Shown: positions 12,732 through 24,869, counted from the stretch's first letter. The stretch is DNA of 64,000 nucleotides from Amoebophrya sp. A120 (GCA_905178155.1 CAJINV010000002.1:6490476-6554475), one strand, 5' to 3'. Numbers and translations: made by a program. The notes: generated by a model not told the origin, from the sequence alone.

Positions 12732-13643
12732 ATGAAAGTAGACAGTGGAGTTATTTCTGTGACGAGCCACGACGGTGCTCCTCACGCTCAACATGTAAAT
12801 GAGGACAGCTTCTTGAGACCTGAATACACTGAGCTCGCTGACCGGAAGAAGCTCGACGCCGCAAACACCTTTTTCGAGAAGCGGTGCGCACCGAATTTTC
12901 CCGGAGTCGAGAACATTACCACGGAGGAGATTTTGGAAAAGATCGGTAAAGCACAAGCAAGATCTGGTGTGAATGATGGGGAGGAAGCACGAGGTGAGGA
13001 AGAAGAAGAACACGTAGTTCTTTTGGTTGACTGCCGTTCGGCGCAAGAGCAGAACGTTTCTAAATTTTCTGGAGCACTTACGAAGGAAGAATTCGAAGAA
13101 AAGATTTCACATGCAAGCAAAGTAAAAGGACCAACACCCACAACCATTGTTCACGTCGTCTGTTACTGCACGATTGGAGGGCGAAGTGGCGAGTATGCGC
13201 AGCAGCTGAAGAAGAGGCTGGTGAAAGACGGCGAGCCGGGTCGTGAGAATAAGGGTTCAAGTGGTAGCGCTGGTGTTACTACCTACAAGATTTACAACTA
13301 CAAACTGTCCTTGATCGATTTCGCGCATAAGAATAAGCCACCAGGAGCAGCACCAGCAAGGCTGTCACCTCGGACGGACGCATTGTCAGCACATCTTCAT
13401 CAAGGCAACTACACTCGCATTTCGAGACTCGAACTTATCGACCCGAAAACGAACCAGCCAACGAACAAAATTCACGCTTGGGGTCTCCTGTTTGCTGATT
13501 TTTTCCCTGAAAGGAGTGGAACAACGGGAAAGGCAAGTCCTTTTGATGTCACAGTCCTACCTAAACCCGAAGGCCGCGAAGGGCGCCCCTGGATGCTGTT
13601 TTTGACCAACATCTGGCATTTTGTTTCGAAGCCGTTTGGGTAA
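12732..13643 (+). CDS. Rhodanese-like domain protein
   Basis: VLLVDCRSAQEQNVS...GAL and VVCYCTIGGRS active-site loop typical of single rhodanese domains. Confidence 0.8.
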   Translation: MKVDSGVISVTSHDGAPHAQHVNEDSFLRPEYTELADRKKLDAANTFFEKRCAPNFPGVENITTEEILEKIGKAQARSGVNDGEEARGEEEEEHVVLLVDCRSAQEQNVSKFSGALTKEEFEEKISHASKVKGPTPTTIVHVVCYCTIGGRSGEYAQQLKKRLVKDGEPGRENKGSSGSAGVTTYKIYNYKLSLIDFAHKNKPPGAAPARLSPRTDALSAHLHQGNYTRISRLELIDPKTNQPTNKIHAWGLLFADFFPERSGTTGKASPFDVTVLPKPEGREGRPWMLFLTNIWHFVSKPFG

Positions 13644-13687
13644 AGGAAAAGTTTTTTCCCTAATGTGACGCAGTTCCAACAAGGAGG

Positions 13688-14863
13688 ATGTTGCGGGCCT
13701 CGAGGTGCTGCCGCTGCGCGGGCACTATTCTCTGGAGGCCGCGTAGTGGATTAGAAGGAGGAGGCTACAAGAAGCGAATTGAACAAGGTAGGGGAATCGG
13801 GTGGTTTGTCGATGCGGCACACCACGCTGCACCATCCCTCGAGTTTTTTAGCTTGCCGAGGATGTCGCTTTTTCCGCTCTTGATGCGAATTCGGTCTGCG
13901 CAGGCAAAATGTGCGACTGAAGGCCCGTGGATGGCCTTGCAGGTGCGCAATACGGAAGTTGCATACCAGAACGCAGCGAAGGGAGATATGCTCTGCGAAG
14001 TCCGCCATACCTCGTTCTCACGGTATCCGGACATGCCACTGATTGTTACCTCGATCCCAACCAAGTCGTTGTTCGTCCTGGAGACGCCGCACTTCCGCGA
14101 GCGATTCAAGCTGAGCCTCACCTCCGAAAGTGAGCACCGCCTGCAGGTGGATCGCCCCGAGCATATGCAGCTTCTAGCTGCACGGCTCGTGCGCCTCTAC
14201 GAGGTTGCGATGGCTTGCTCCACTAGCTATACGGGCAGCTTATTCTCACTAATGGAGGCTGCAGCGACGTCGACTGCGCTGCGGCGAAACCGCCGGGTTT
14301 TAGTGGAGGTGATGCAGCTTCCCGTCTTCTCGGAATTGCAGTTTCCGGTGGAAACGCAGATGAAGCCAGGGGCCCACAATGCCACACTCCGCGGGCTGCG
14401 CGTGACATTCCGTGCCACCACGGAGTACTTTCGCGGCGGAGCGTCAGGGAACTTGCCAGTGCAAATTTTCCTTCCCAACGTGGTCGACACGGATGGTTTT
14501 TTGTTTTTGGTTGCCGACGACCCGGCAAACAAGATGCGGCTGACGCGGATCGGCCTCGTGCCGAACCGCGTAGTGGTAGACCGTGGTCTTTTGAACGGTA
14601 TGGGCAGGCGGGGTACTAGCCGTTATGTGCGATGGTCTCCGACATCAGAAAACAGTGCGATGGACGACACGTTCCAAAGTCAGGAGATCATCATAACTGG
14701 CTCGAGCTTTAGTGGTTTGGACTCGTACTTCATCTCGGTTGAGGCTGGTGAGCACGCTATTCATGCCTTCGCGACGCGCATTTTGGCTGAGATACACGCC
14801 TCAAAGGCAGCGCCACCCATTGGATCAAAGCTGGATGATGACGGTAAATGCGCGTATCAATGA
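13688..14863 (+). CDS. Hypothetical protein (391 aa)
   Basis: Long intact ORF with globular-type composition; no family recognised. Confidence 0.5.
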   Translation: MLRASRCCRCAGTILWRPRSGLEGGGYKKRIEQGRGIGWFVDAAHHAAPSLEFFSLPRMSLFPLLMRIRSAQAKCATEGPWMALQVRNTEVAYQNAAKGDMLCEVRHTSFSRYPDMPLIVTSIPTKSLFVLETPHFRERFKLSLTSESEHRLQVDRPEHMQLLAARLVRLYEVAMACSTSYTGSLFSLMEAAATSTALRRNRRVLVEVMQLPVFSELQFPVETQMKPGAHNATLRGLRVTFRATTEYFRGGASGNLPVQIFLPNVVDTDGFLFLVADDPANKMRLTRIGLVPNRVVVDRGLLNGMGRRGTSRYVRWSPTSENSAMDDTFQSQEIIITGSSFSGLDSYFISVEAGEHAIHAFATRILAEIHASKAAPPIGSKLDDDGKCAYQ

Positions 14864-14889
14864 AATTTCACTCACCTCCAAGATTACAA

Positions 14890-15262
14890 CTACAAGATTT
14901 ACAACTACAAACTGTCCTTGATCGACTTCGCGCATAGGAATAAGCCAGCAGGAGCAGCGGTAGCAGGATCAGTAGCAGGTGAAACTGACATCTTGTCACA
15001 CCAAAATCAGCGGAAGAATCACCCTGGCAATAGTTCGAAACTCGAACTAATAGACCCGAAAACAAACAAGCCAACGAACAAGATCCACGCCTGGGGCCCA
15101 CTGTTCGCTGAGTTCTTTCCCGAGGGGAATGCTGGATCGCTGGGAACCAATTCAAGTCCGTTTGCAGTCACGGTCTCGCCGAAACCGGAAGGCCCTGAAG
15201 GGCGTCCGTGGACATTGTTTCTGACTAACATCTGGCATTTCGTTTCGAAGCCTTTTAGTTAA
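14890..15262 (+). pseudogene. Partial duplicate of the 3' part of the rhodanese gene
   Basis: YKIYNYKLSLIDFAH...LELIDPKTNKPTNKIHAWG...PWTLFLTNIWHFVSKPF closely matches 13281-13643; the catalytic half is absent. Confidence 0.7.
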
Positions 15263-16216
15263 TTGGGTCGACTTCTAGGCATTATAATGAGCAGTGGCAC
15301 ATCAACTGCTGTCGCAAGGTTTTGAGTCCGTCGCCACACTTATTGTTGTCGATCAAACTATCCTGTGTATGTGAATATCGTGATCGGTTCGGCGTGTGTA
15401 GGTCACGCGTGCCCAGCATGCTGGTACCATGCCAGGAATAAAATATCAAGTTCGTATGAATGGTGATGATCCTGGAGCATCTGGAGATCAGTTTACATGA
15501 ACAAGAAGAAGATCTTTTTCCGGTCCATGAAAATGTCAAGACGGTGACGGTGAAAAATAGTTTCCACGATCAAGAAGACATTCAGCATGTGGATCTGTAG
15601 CTGAACCAGCTTCTCGAAACACCAAGAAATCAAAATGCAAATAGACCTGGCAGGTGCCGTACTTAAAATCTATTTCGGTTTTAATATCGTTCTCCAAGTG
15701 TGACCCACAAATGAAAATGTACCGACGAGTATTTTAGTTTGAAAGACCGGCGGCAACCTTCTTGTTGCACCGCGATTGCAGTCACAACCATGAGTACCGT
15801 ACCAAAAATCACAACAGTTGTAGACGCATCCTAGTAGAAACTTCCAGTAGTAAAACGAAGCAGCTGCGGAGTCGTACACACAACTACGTCTCGCACAACT
15901 TTCAAAACCTCTTTCTTTGTAGTATTTAGTTTCGTGCCCATCTTCAAGTCAAGTCGATTTTTATGCCCAATGAATGAATGCCATAAGTAATTATTTGCAC
16001 CAAATTTTTCGGACCATCCACATCAGGTGAAAGCCTGATCTTCATCGCATCTTCGACAACTGTGTCGGTAGTAACATCAAATTACTTCTGTGCAGACGAG
16101 AACACCACGTATCTAGCACTGACATCGGACTGTTCCAAGCTCGTCTACATATCTGTTATATAATTCTGAGAACTGCTCTGCCAAACCCAAACCCAGAAGC
16201 CACAGGACAGCTAACA

Positions 16217-17755
16217 ATGATGGTCCGCGGTCACGCTCATGCAACCGGCGCCGGCACGCGCGTTGTCACAGTGCTGGCTCTCGCCGGCGCATGTCTTTTT
16301 GGACCCATTTTTCCGGTGCTCGCTGAGCCTTCCCCTTGTCAACAAACCGTAGCCTGGCACCTGCAGTACAATAACCATCCGCCTACTCGTATGCTGGAGG
16401 AGGTGGCAGCGCAGGAATCGCCGCAGTGCAAAGAGTACAAGTACCGCCAAATCACGAAAGGCGCCGAGGACAAGGAAGTCAAACGTGATACCCCTGTGCC
16501 GTCGATGCCGCCGCGCTTTTTTGGTGTGCCCAACAGCCATGGAGGCTGGTTTCACAAAACCACTTCTCCAGCACGTGGAGTGGAAATACCCGGCCGCACT
16601 CCTCCGAATGGAGAACCTGGGGCCTTGGGAAAGAACGACTTCGGGCATTTGCAGTTTGCGTTCTGCAGCAGCACGGACGACGCCAAGCCATGCAACCAGG
16701 ATGCCACGGGGGCAAGGTCCAGCGGTACGGACACCCCGCTGCACCAAGTTGCGGCAGCTATCTTTCGCGAAGTGCATCGCGATCGCGATCCGATGGAGCA
16801 GAGAAGCCACAACTACCAACACCGGCGGGTTGCGGTCTGGACCAAATCCAGCCCGAAAACCGCTGCGAGTGGTTTGCGGACGGCCGTGGCCGGTGCGGTC
16901 AAGGGGGAAACCCACAAGGAGCTGGAGATTCCCTCTTTGAAACCTTTCACCAGCCAGCTGTGCAGCGGCAGGCTGAACTGGACGCAACTCGCGGCCTCCG
17001 ACCGTACCTACCAGCGCCGCCTCGTCTTCAAGCGGCACGCCGACGCGATCCGGTTCTACACCGAACTGCAACTGTTCCAGTTGTTCACGGATTTTCGCAT
17101 CTCGCCCCAAGCCGCGGAGATGGCCGGACTACTGACGCAGCTCCCACCGTCAGAAATTGGACAATTCTCTGAGAAGTGCAAGAAGTTGACGGAGGTTTTT
17201 GAGGGCGTTCGCGCCCAGGTGGAGTACGACGTGGTCACTTTGGAGCAGGACCCGATCCTAAACCAGAAGGGCGCACCCCACCGCCGGGACCCGCAGCGGC
17301 AGCACGAACCGGCCGGGGTGCCGCAGGTGCTGGCGGCGATCGGGGAGAACTTGGAGGAAGAATTGCGAGCGTTTGCGGCGGCCGATAAGAGCACCAGGTC
17401 GGAGGTCCGGCGGCCCAAAAATCACGACATCTTCGCGACGCTGCAACGGGCCGCGCACGAGCTGTTCGGAGAGCAAACAAGATCTGCCACCAGCCCCTCA
17501 GCCGGTGGAGCTGCGGCGCCAGCAGCAGCAACCGGAGGTCTTCCCGCTGGTGAAGCAGCAGCAGCTACCTTTTCGAAGTCGCATCAGGGGAAGATTGCGG
17601 AGCGCCGCGCCAAGTCGCAGGAGCGGGACCGCGTTCGCGCGGCGCGCGAGCGTGGGAGCGCCATGCGGGAGAAAATTGCAGAGCTGCTTTTCGGCGCGTC
17701 GGACCGGTTGCAGATTTCTTTGCTCGATATGTGGCCGAGTGATGTATCAAGTTGA
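16217..17755 (+). CDS. Hypothetical secreted protein (512 aa)
   Basis: N-terminal hydrophobic signal-like stretch VVTVLALAGACLFGPIFPVLA; long intact ORF. Confidence 0.6.
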   Translation: MMVRGHAHATGAGTRVVTVLALAGACLFGPIFPVLAEPSPCQQTVAWHLQYNNHPPTRMLEEVAAQESPQCKEYKYRQITKGAEDKEVKRDTPVPSMPPRFFGVPNSHGGWFHKTTSPARGVEIPGRTPPNGEPGALGKNDFGHLQFAFCSSTDDAKPCNQDATGARSSGTDTPLHQVAAAIFREVHRDRDPMEQRSHNYQHRRVAVWTKSSPKTAASGLRTAVAGAVKGETHKELEIPSLKPFTSQLCSGRLNWTQLAASDRTYQRRLVFKRHADAIRFYTELQLFQLFTDFRISPQAAEMAGLLTQLPPSEIGQFSEKCKKLTEVFEGVRAQVEYDVVTLEQDPILNQKGAPHRRDPQRQHEPAGVPQVLAAIGENLEEELRAFAAADKSTRSEVRRPKNHDIFATLQRAAHELFGEQTRSATSPSAGGAAAPAAATGGLPAGEAAAATFSKSHQGKIAERRAKSQERDRVRAARERGSAMREKIAELLFGASDRLQISLLDMWPSDVSS

Positions 17756-18125
17756 AAAGTGCCCCCCCGCCCCCGGATGTTTCAAAGGTTTTTGTTGCAG
17801 CCTCAGCTGAAGGTTTAGCTCATCAAATCTATTCCTGCTTCGGATTCTGAGAGCGCAATAATAAAGCAGGAGCTCCCACATGACAAGTGCCCTTCGTTTT
17901 GCAACACAGAGCTTCGCTTCTCTCAATCAAAAATCTGTCATGCTACTAAGTACTGACATACGATACAACTTGCTACAGTGCGGAAAATCTTTCCACGTGG
18001 GAACTGTAGCTGCAGCACAAGCTGCGATTTAAGTTCTGGTAGCGCCGTCGGTTTAGCGCACAGCGCAAACGCTCTCACGTAGTTCTGGGGTAGGGCGGTG
18101 CTTTTCACTTTGATACCATGAGGAA

Positions 18126-18503
18126 ATGAAAGAGGTCCTCGCGTCGGTGACGGACAAAAAATCGTTCATCAAGGGATACTTAAAGGGCTGGGAGCACGCG
18201 GGACGGGCGGGCGCGAATGGGGCGCGACTTTGTGCAGCGGCCCACCGCCTCTACACCGACGTTATGGCCTCTGAAGCTCCCTCTGAAGCACCCTCTGGAA
18301 CTGCAAGGCCCGCGAGCACGTCGTTCCACCCAGGCAGTCAAGCTTATGTCCCTCGGTCTTCGGGTTCGTCTCCTGGCACATCCTCCACCCGCAGCGGGAG
18401 TCGCAGCAGCCGGATTTCGGGCAGCAGCGGTCCGAGTCGTGTGTTCTCTAGCCAAGGTGGTTCAGGCCGCGGGCGCTCTCCCCTGGTCGGAGTGCTGCCG
18501 TGA
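18126..18503 (+). CDS. Small Ser/Gly-rich hypothetical protein
   Basis: 125-aa ORF with ATG start and coding-like GC content. Confidence 0.35.
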   Translation: MKEVLASVTDKKSFIKGYLKGWEHAGRAGANGARLCAAAHRLYTDVMASEAPSEAPSGTARPASTSFHPGSQAYVPRSSGSSPGTSSTRSGSRSSRISGSSGPSRVFSSQGGSGRGRSPLVGVLP

Positions 18504-20257
18504 TCATCTCTGCGAGTCCGACGCGAGTAGTTACCTTTTTTTATGTGCAAAAATAGAAGAGATGATGTGTGCCCTTTTTTTGACGAGACTGTTTTGGATG
18601 GGCATTTTTTAAGAGACGAGAAATTTTATGGATTCCGAATCTGTAGGCAAGTAAGAACTTAGTTTTACTTCTAGACGTGGATTGATGTTACTGACAGAAG
18701 GACCACGTCGGGGTCGCCAAGAGATTCCATTTGCTGGAAAGTTTTGTAGCAGGAGGAATGTCGCATTTCACGTGCTGTTTCGCCCGGCACATCATTCCCC
18801 CTCCAGATTAAATTTCTTCTCTATTTGCTCCATGTAGTTTATTGGGCAGAGCGATTTCGGGTGATCGTACGTTCATAAAATTCAAATTGTATAAACACCT
18901 CCAGATCTTCAGGGCGGACGGAAGTAGTACACCAGGATGAGTTTAGTTGTCGCAACTTGAAGTTGTAAAATGGTATTAACAGAAGTAGCGGAGAATTTAC
19001 TGAAAAAGCGAATTTGTACGGAGGACAAGGACATACTTAGGTTCCTATACCTCTACGAGGTGGCGAACCTGTACGTGATAAACAAGATTGAGATTTTTAA
19101 AGACGTGTATGATGGTGCCTCAACAAAAAGAAAAAAGTGAGAAATCTAGTATAAGATAGCCAGGAGAACGTGAACAAGACCGCAGTATTTCTATTTGGGA
19201 TTTAACACGCATTCGCATAACACAGGTCCCGGATCCAATTTGAAAAAAGATCGTGACAGAAGACGTATTAGTATATGGTCATCACATAGAGTTAGAGATA
19301 CCTGTACCAGATGAAAAGACGATGTACCCCTGTCCATACAGTTGTATATCGCCTGTGAAAAGCAGAAGCACCGGAGTTTTTGGTTTCCACACCCCCGTGA
19401 AAAATTCGACAGAGCCCCGACGGTTACTCGTTCATCCAAAAGAAGCGACTGCGCGTGTGGTTCTCTCACTCTCTTCGGAACTAGGAGGAGATACGCAGCA
19501 GAAACTAGAATATTACAGGAAAATGTCGCTTGACTTTTGCAAGAACAAAAACAAAGTAGAACACGAGGAGGACAGCTCCTGTCGTAAGTATTTAGTACAC
19601 TGTGCCCCGCATCAGCATCAGTGCAGCCAATGGCGTAAAATGCGGACAGGGTGCGAAGTCCACTGTCATGTCGTTTTCGGAGCAGAGCGCAGCATTTTTG
19701 TTGCTGCGACAGAAATAACTCGTCAAGAGATGAGGAGATGAGATGTCGCACAAATATGCGGAGAAAATTGTTGAGGTGAGAGATCAGGTGTCCTCGCAAA
19801 TGTGCGTAACAAGTACTGCATCCGCTTTTGAACGTGTGCGTGTTGTGGAGTTGTCAGAGCGACAGGTGGAAGTTTCTGTGAGTTGTTCTCCTTATTCCTC
19901 CTCCGAAGTAGCGTTGGCTCGAGGACTCGGGTTATATCCATGGACCTTCTTCCTTGTCCTCGCGAATGTTAAACGGCCGCATGATGCGCATGGTGCTCAT
20001 AAATATTGCAAAGGTCTTCGTCTTCTGTAGCGCACAAAATAAAGTGCTTCCAACATTCACGCGCGCTGCGCGGACCCCGCCTCCACTGCTTGCACTTCGA
20101 CAGAATGTACACCGGAACCAGAAATTGTGACAGCCAGCACGACGTCGTGTACAACCTTGCACTATCTTCGAGGGCCAGCATGCTGCAGCGACGTCAAAGT
20201 TTATTTTCTTAGCACGAGCAGAAGCATTACATCACGACGACCTTCCTCGAGCGGAAT

Positions 20258-23200
20258 ATGGGCGGTTGTTTCCCCACCGCTCTTGGGGGCACTGGTTGGG
20301 GCGGGGGCGGGGCGCAAACGTGGACGGAAGTGGTCTACGGTGCGGAGCCGAGGTATGGAAGCGTCAGAATTGAAATCGTCAAAGTTGAAGTAATTTCTCA
20401 TGCATAAATTGCAAGGCATGGAGTGCCTCTCTTGCAGGGACGGCAAGTGAGGCCGACTGTCAGCCTGTTTGGGGTCTGCGGTAGAGCTGCTAAAGTAGCA
20501 TGACACAAGACGCCTTCTGTCCCTAAACAGCATGACAAACTGGATTTAGTCGGTGCCGAAATTTGTCATGCACCGCTTGAAAATTGGGCTTGGCTTCCGA
20601 CTGGTATCGATTTCATGCATCACAAGTCATTTCAACTTTGTCAATTTCAAACCTGACACTCCCATACGAGGCAGTGTTTGGAGTCCAAGAGAAACAGCAG
20701 CTGTGAGTTTTACTTCAATGACAAAAAGGAAGACAAGCTGAGCGACGACTTGTCGGAGTTGCTGAGGGAAATCTACCCCGGACTGCACAAAGTTTTCCAG
20801 GAAAGAATCTTCAAGACCACAGGGAGTTCCGAGTTGGACGACCTCCCACCAGGAGGCCGGAACAACGATTCCACTTCACACCAGCGATTGGTTTACACGC
20901 CTGCCATTGGCGACTGGCAGCGGGACTTTCCGGGTTCTTGGATGCTCCAATTTGTGCCTGCGCTGCCTTTCAACGCAGAGTTGCGACAGCAGATATTCCT
21001 CGTGCCGCAATTGACGAGCGAGCAGGAGAACAGCTTGTCTGAGGAGGAGAAGCAAAAACTGCAGCGCCAGAAACAGCAAAACAACGCTTGCACCTTCTTC
21101 ACGTACGCCTTCGGCCCCTTGCCGTTTTTGAACCTGGACAACATAAAAGAGGCACGCATGGTTGTAAACGCGAACCAGAAGTTTTTGGGGTTGGCTTTCG
21201 ACGACTACGGTAAGTTTGTGAAACAATTCGACGTGCTGGATCTCGACTTGACGGATAAGGGGTTCGAGAAAATGGAGATTGTCAACGAGGACTTCGAGGA
21301 AGAACTGAAGAAAAATCCGTCGGAAGTTCCCAAATTGAAACAGTCCTCGAAACTGAAAATGGTTTTCCCCTGCACAAAAACCATCCTGGACGCGAACGAC
21401 GAAGACGAGGACGATTTTATCAAATCCTTCAAATTCCATTTCACCTTCCTCGGCCGGTTTTCCCCCCATCTAATCCCCTTCGGCAACGTTTTCTACAAGG
21501 GGAAAATAGCCGTCGCCCCGCGGAGCAAAGGCGCACAGCTGCTGGAGGAGCAGCAGAAAATCGGATGTGCGCTCGGCTCGGTGTTGAGCGGGATGCTGCA
21601 CACACGGTCGTTCCAAACGGAGCTGTTTCTCAGCGACAGAGGGTGGCAACTGAAGGTTTTTCCAGGGAGGGACAGTAAGTCTCCTGACAGAGCAGGAGAG
21701 CAACAGCAGCAAGAACAGAACCTTCAAACGAACAATAGCAGTAAACATTCCCATTCGATTTTCGTCTGGCCGCTGCTGTTCTTCCCGATTGACGTGGTGA
21801 AAAAACTCCCCCTGTACGACGGTGGTACGTCCTACCTTCGGGGAACGGCAAGACCGGAACTGGCGACGGAGGAAGACTTGGCACCAGATGAGTTCGACGA
21901 GGAAATTCTGGAAACCAACATTTACACGCAGCTTTCCTCCCTCGAGTGCCGAAAGGAGGAGGGTTTCGTGCCGAGCTGCTACAGCATGCGCGACAGTTTC
22001 CGGTTTGCTGGAAATAATAGCGAGCAAACACTATCAGAAATAGCGACAACAGCCGGAGCTGCTGAACATGAGCAACTCGAAACCCTCCTGAGCACGACCC
22101 CAACCCCTTTCGCCTCCACGCCCGAACAGCAAGCGGTGTTCTTGCAGGACAACTACGGGAACTACCGGATTTTCTCTAAAGTACAAGAATCCAGCTTGAA
22201 CTTTATCCGGGTGGATTTCCAGCTGCTGGAGGTAAAGGACTCGGGGATCGCAACCGGGGCAGATATGGAAGAAATAAGCGGGGAAGATGCGAGTACAACA
22301 AGTCCGAACAGACGAAATTCTTCCGGAGGTAGTTCTTTGGATCATCCGAATAAAGATGTTCTTGCACCTCCTCCGCCACAACAGCCAGAGATGATCGAAC
22401 TTTTCACGTTTGAAGGGTTTCCAATGCCAAATCCCTGCTCGAAGTTGGTGGAAATTGCACCTTATGAACTGCAAAAGTATCGTACTCGTATAAATGCATC
22501 ACAAATTTCCTCAGCGTGAGAAATAAAATTTCTCATGCTGATTTACCTTAAGAAAAAGATGCAAGACTTGCATTTACACGATACTTTTGCACAGGATACG
22601 CCTCCGGCGGAGCAGGATTTATACGACGATCACCTTCTTGCAGGAGCCGGCGCTCCGAATAGTACTAACCTGACGCAGTCTTTGCCGATAGCAGGAGGAG
22701 GATCTCCGACTGGCCCTCGTCCCACCTCCCCCTCCGGCCGCCCGGGACTGTCCAATCTGGACGCGAAAATTGCGCAGGACCAGAGGGCCAAAATCGGGCA
22801 GACGAAGAACCTCGTCGACCAGAACAAGAAGAACTTCGAGCTGAATCAGCGCATGCAGCAGCAGTTCATGCAGGCGGACATGGAAATGAGCAAGAGCCCG
22901 CAGTCGTCGCCCGGGAGCCGACGGCGGTTGAACCGGTTGAGTTCCATGGGGATGGGGGGGAGGTTATCAAAAGGAAAAATTTATTCCCGTTCCCATATCG
23001 AACAAAAGGAAGTTTGTGATGCCGGATGTGCGTACACAAATCAGATTTGTCTTGCAGCAGAGAACTGCAGTCATATGCCAACCCTGGGCACCAGCGAGGT
23101 TTTGACGTAGGGGCTTAGCATTACAAATGTCCACACTGTAGGCCGAGCAGCATCACAAACCGCCTGCATAATGCGGCGTAGCCTGTGGAGTTGCCTTCTT

Positions 23201-24214
23201 GCAAAACAGTGACGATTTGTGGCCACAGATCAGCATTGCAAATTTTCTGTGGCCTCCTTTTCGATATGGGGAGGGTGGATTTTTCCTTGCGATAGAGGTC
23301 TCGGTCGATGCTCGGCTTTGGTCTCTCCCCGACGTCGGGCTCCGGGCCATATCAAATGCAAAAATGTCTGGGTCTGGAACGTTGCAAGACTTGTAATGCA
23401 GGTTTTCCATGACCCATGAGGTCTGGAATGCGAGTCCCATCATCACAGATTCTTTGAGGTCTCTACCATGCCTTTCCTGCATGAGAAACTCCCTCTCAAC
23501 TTAGTCAAAAGCGGACAGCTTTTGGTACTCACGCAACACAGATTTTTGCATCATTCAGATTTAGCATGACAAGATTTAGCGCAGTTCAGATTTAGCGAAG
23601 TTCAGACTAGCATGACAAGTTTTAATTTTCCAGACCCAGACATATTTGCAATGCATAGGCCAGTATCGCCCGCAATGGAAAAGAAGCAGGTGGAGCAAGC
23701 CAAGCCGGTGATCCAGGAACTCGTGAAGGACCTGACACTGCAAATCACGAAGCAAGTGATGGAGACTCTGGAGAAGGACGAAATGCAAGAGAAACTTCTC
23801 CGCTATGAGCCGGACAACATCGAAAGGTTTCACGAGAGCGTCATGCGGGAGAAGAACCGGTTGATTCAACTGGAGGAAAAACGGAAAGAACGGATACGGT
23901 TGAAGCACGGCGTGGACGACCTCGATTTCTCGGCCGTGGGGAAGACGTACGACCACAAGGGGTTGGACAAATTCTTTCTCGAAGAAGAAGATGAGACTGT
24001 GAAGCCGACGAAACTGAACGCGAGCGCCGCGATGGGGCAGTCCGCCGGATCGGCCGGGCTCGGATTGGTGGAAAAGTCGGAGACCATGATCCGGCACCAG
24101 GAGCGGATTCAAAGAAAGGAAAAAGCGAAAAAGCAGCGATTACTGGAGGAGGAAGAGGAAAGGGACCAGATGCTGGCGAGGTTGGCGAAAAAGCAAGTGC
24201 TGGCAACGGAATAG
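20258..24214 (+). CDS. Hypothetical ~949-aa protein with N-terminal MGGC (predicted myristoylation/palmitoylation) and coiled-coil C-terminus; exons 20258-20353, 20672-22462, 22604-22964, 23300-23349, 23663-24214
   Basis: Removing four elements joins MGGCFPTAL...AEPR|QCLESK, VEIAP|PAEQDL, MGGR|SRSML and GSGP|VSPAM into one frame; total exon length 2850 nt. Confidence 0.78.
20354..20666. mobile_element. Introner-like element, family E (313 bp), TSD CGAGG
   Basis: TATGGAAGCGTCAGAATTGAAATCGTCAAAGTTGAA / TTCAACTTTGTCAATTTCAAACCTGACACTCCCATA; CGAGG at 20349-20353 and 20667-20671. Confidence 0.88.
22463..22598. mobile_element. Mini introner-like element, family G (136 bp), imperfect TSD CACCT/CGCCT
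   Basis: TATGAACTGCAAAAGTATCGT / ACGATACTTTTGCACAGGATA (14-bp perfect core). Removing 141 nt fuses ORFs 20678..22519 and 22535..23110 in frame. Confidence 0.82.
22965..23294. mobile_element. Introner-like element, family D (330 bp), inverted relative to 34606/37962, TSD GAGGT
   Basis: TATCAAAAGGAAAAAT...CCCATATCGAA / TTCGATATGGGG...ATTTTTCCTTGCGATA; GAGGT at 22960-22964 and 23295-23299. Confidence 0.9.
23350..23657. mobile_element. Introner-like element, family A (308 bp), TSD GGCCA
   Basis: Family A TIRs; interior closely matches 1169-1430; GGCCA at 23345-23349 and 23658-23662. Confidence 0.93.
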
Positions 24215-24869
24215 GGCGGGAAAGAGATGAGTTGCGAGGACTCGGCCTCGGCAAAGAACTGTGTCGACGAAGTTGTTGGGTGCTTTTTGACACATTTTGA
24301 ATATCTGTATGATGGTGTTGCCGAGGAAACAGTAAGTTTCAAGAACGAAGATACTGAAAGAATACCCACGACCTGTGTAGAAGTCGATTTTTCCAGGCTC
24401 AATAGCTGCTCGTCTGTAAGGCTCTCCTGTCGCAGCTGCGAGGCGCCTCGTTGTTCGAAAAGCCAAACGAACTGAAAAAAATGGTTCCCTTTCCGGCGGA
24501 CTGAAGAAAAAAGAATTGACACAAAGTTGGATTGCGAATGAGTGACTTTTGTGAAGTAGCGAGATTTTTTTGTGGAGAAAGGTTGAGTTGCAGTCACGTT
24601 TACTTTCTTGAAAATCGCGCATAGGGATAAAACATCGCTGCACATCTTGGATAGCTTTGATGCTCGAGCTTTGTGTTTCAAATGAAGCTGCATAGTATGT
24701 AAGTGCATACAATGCGTTTACTTGCCGTGTTGTGTTTCCATGGGAATAAGCCATACATTACAACTAGCGCCGTACTATTAGCGATTTCTTTTTAAGAACG
24801 GAAAAAGAAGTTGAGCTAACCAGGAACTAAAGTTGATCGATCGGAGAGAAAACCAAAACCACCTTCACA

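Noticed and set aside
24227-24475. In-frame ORF after the TAG at 24212-24214, suggesting stop readthrough
   Set aside because: Short, no homology cue, and other genes terminate normally at TAG; probably chance.
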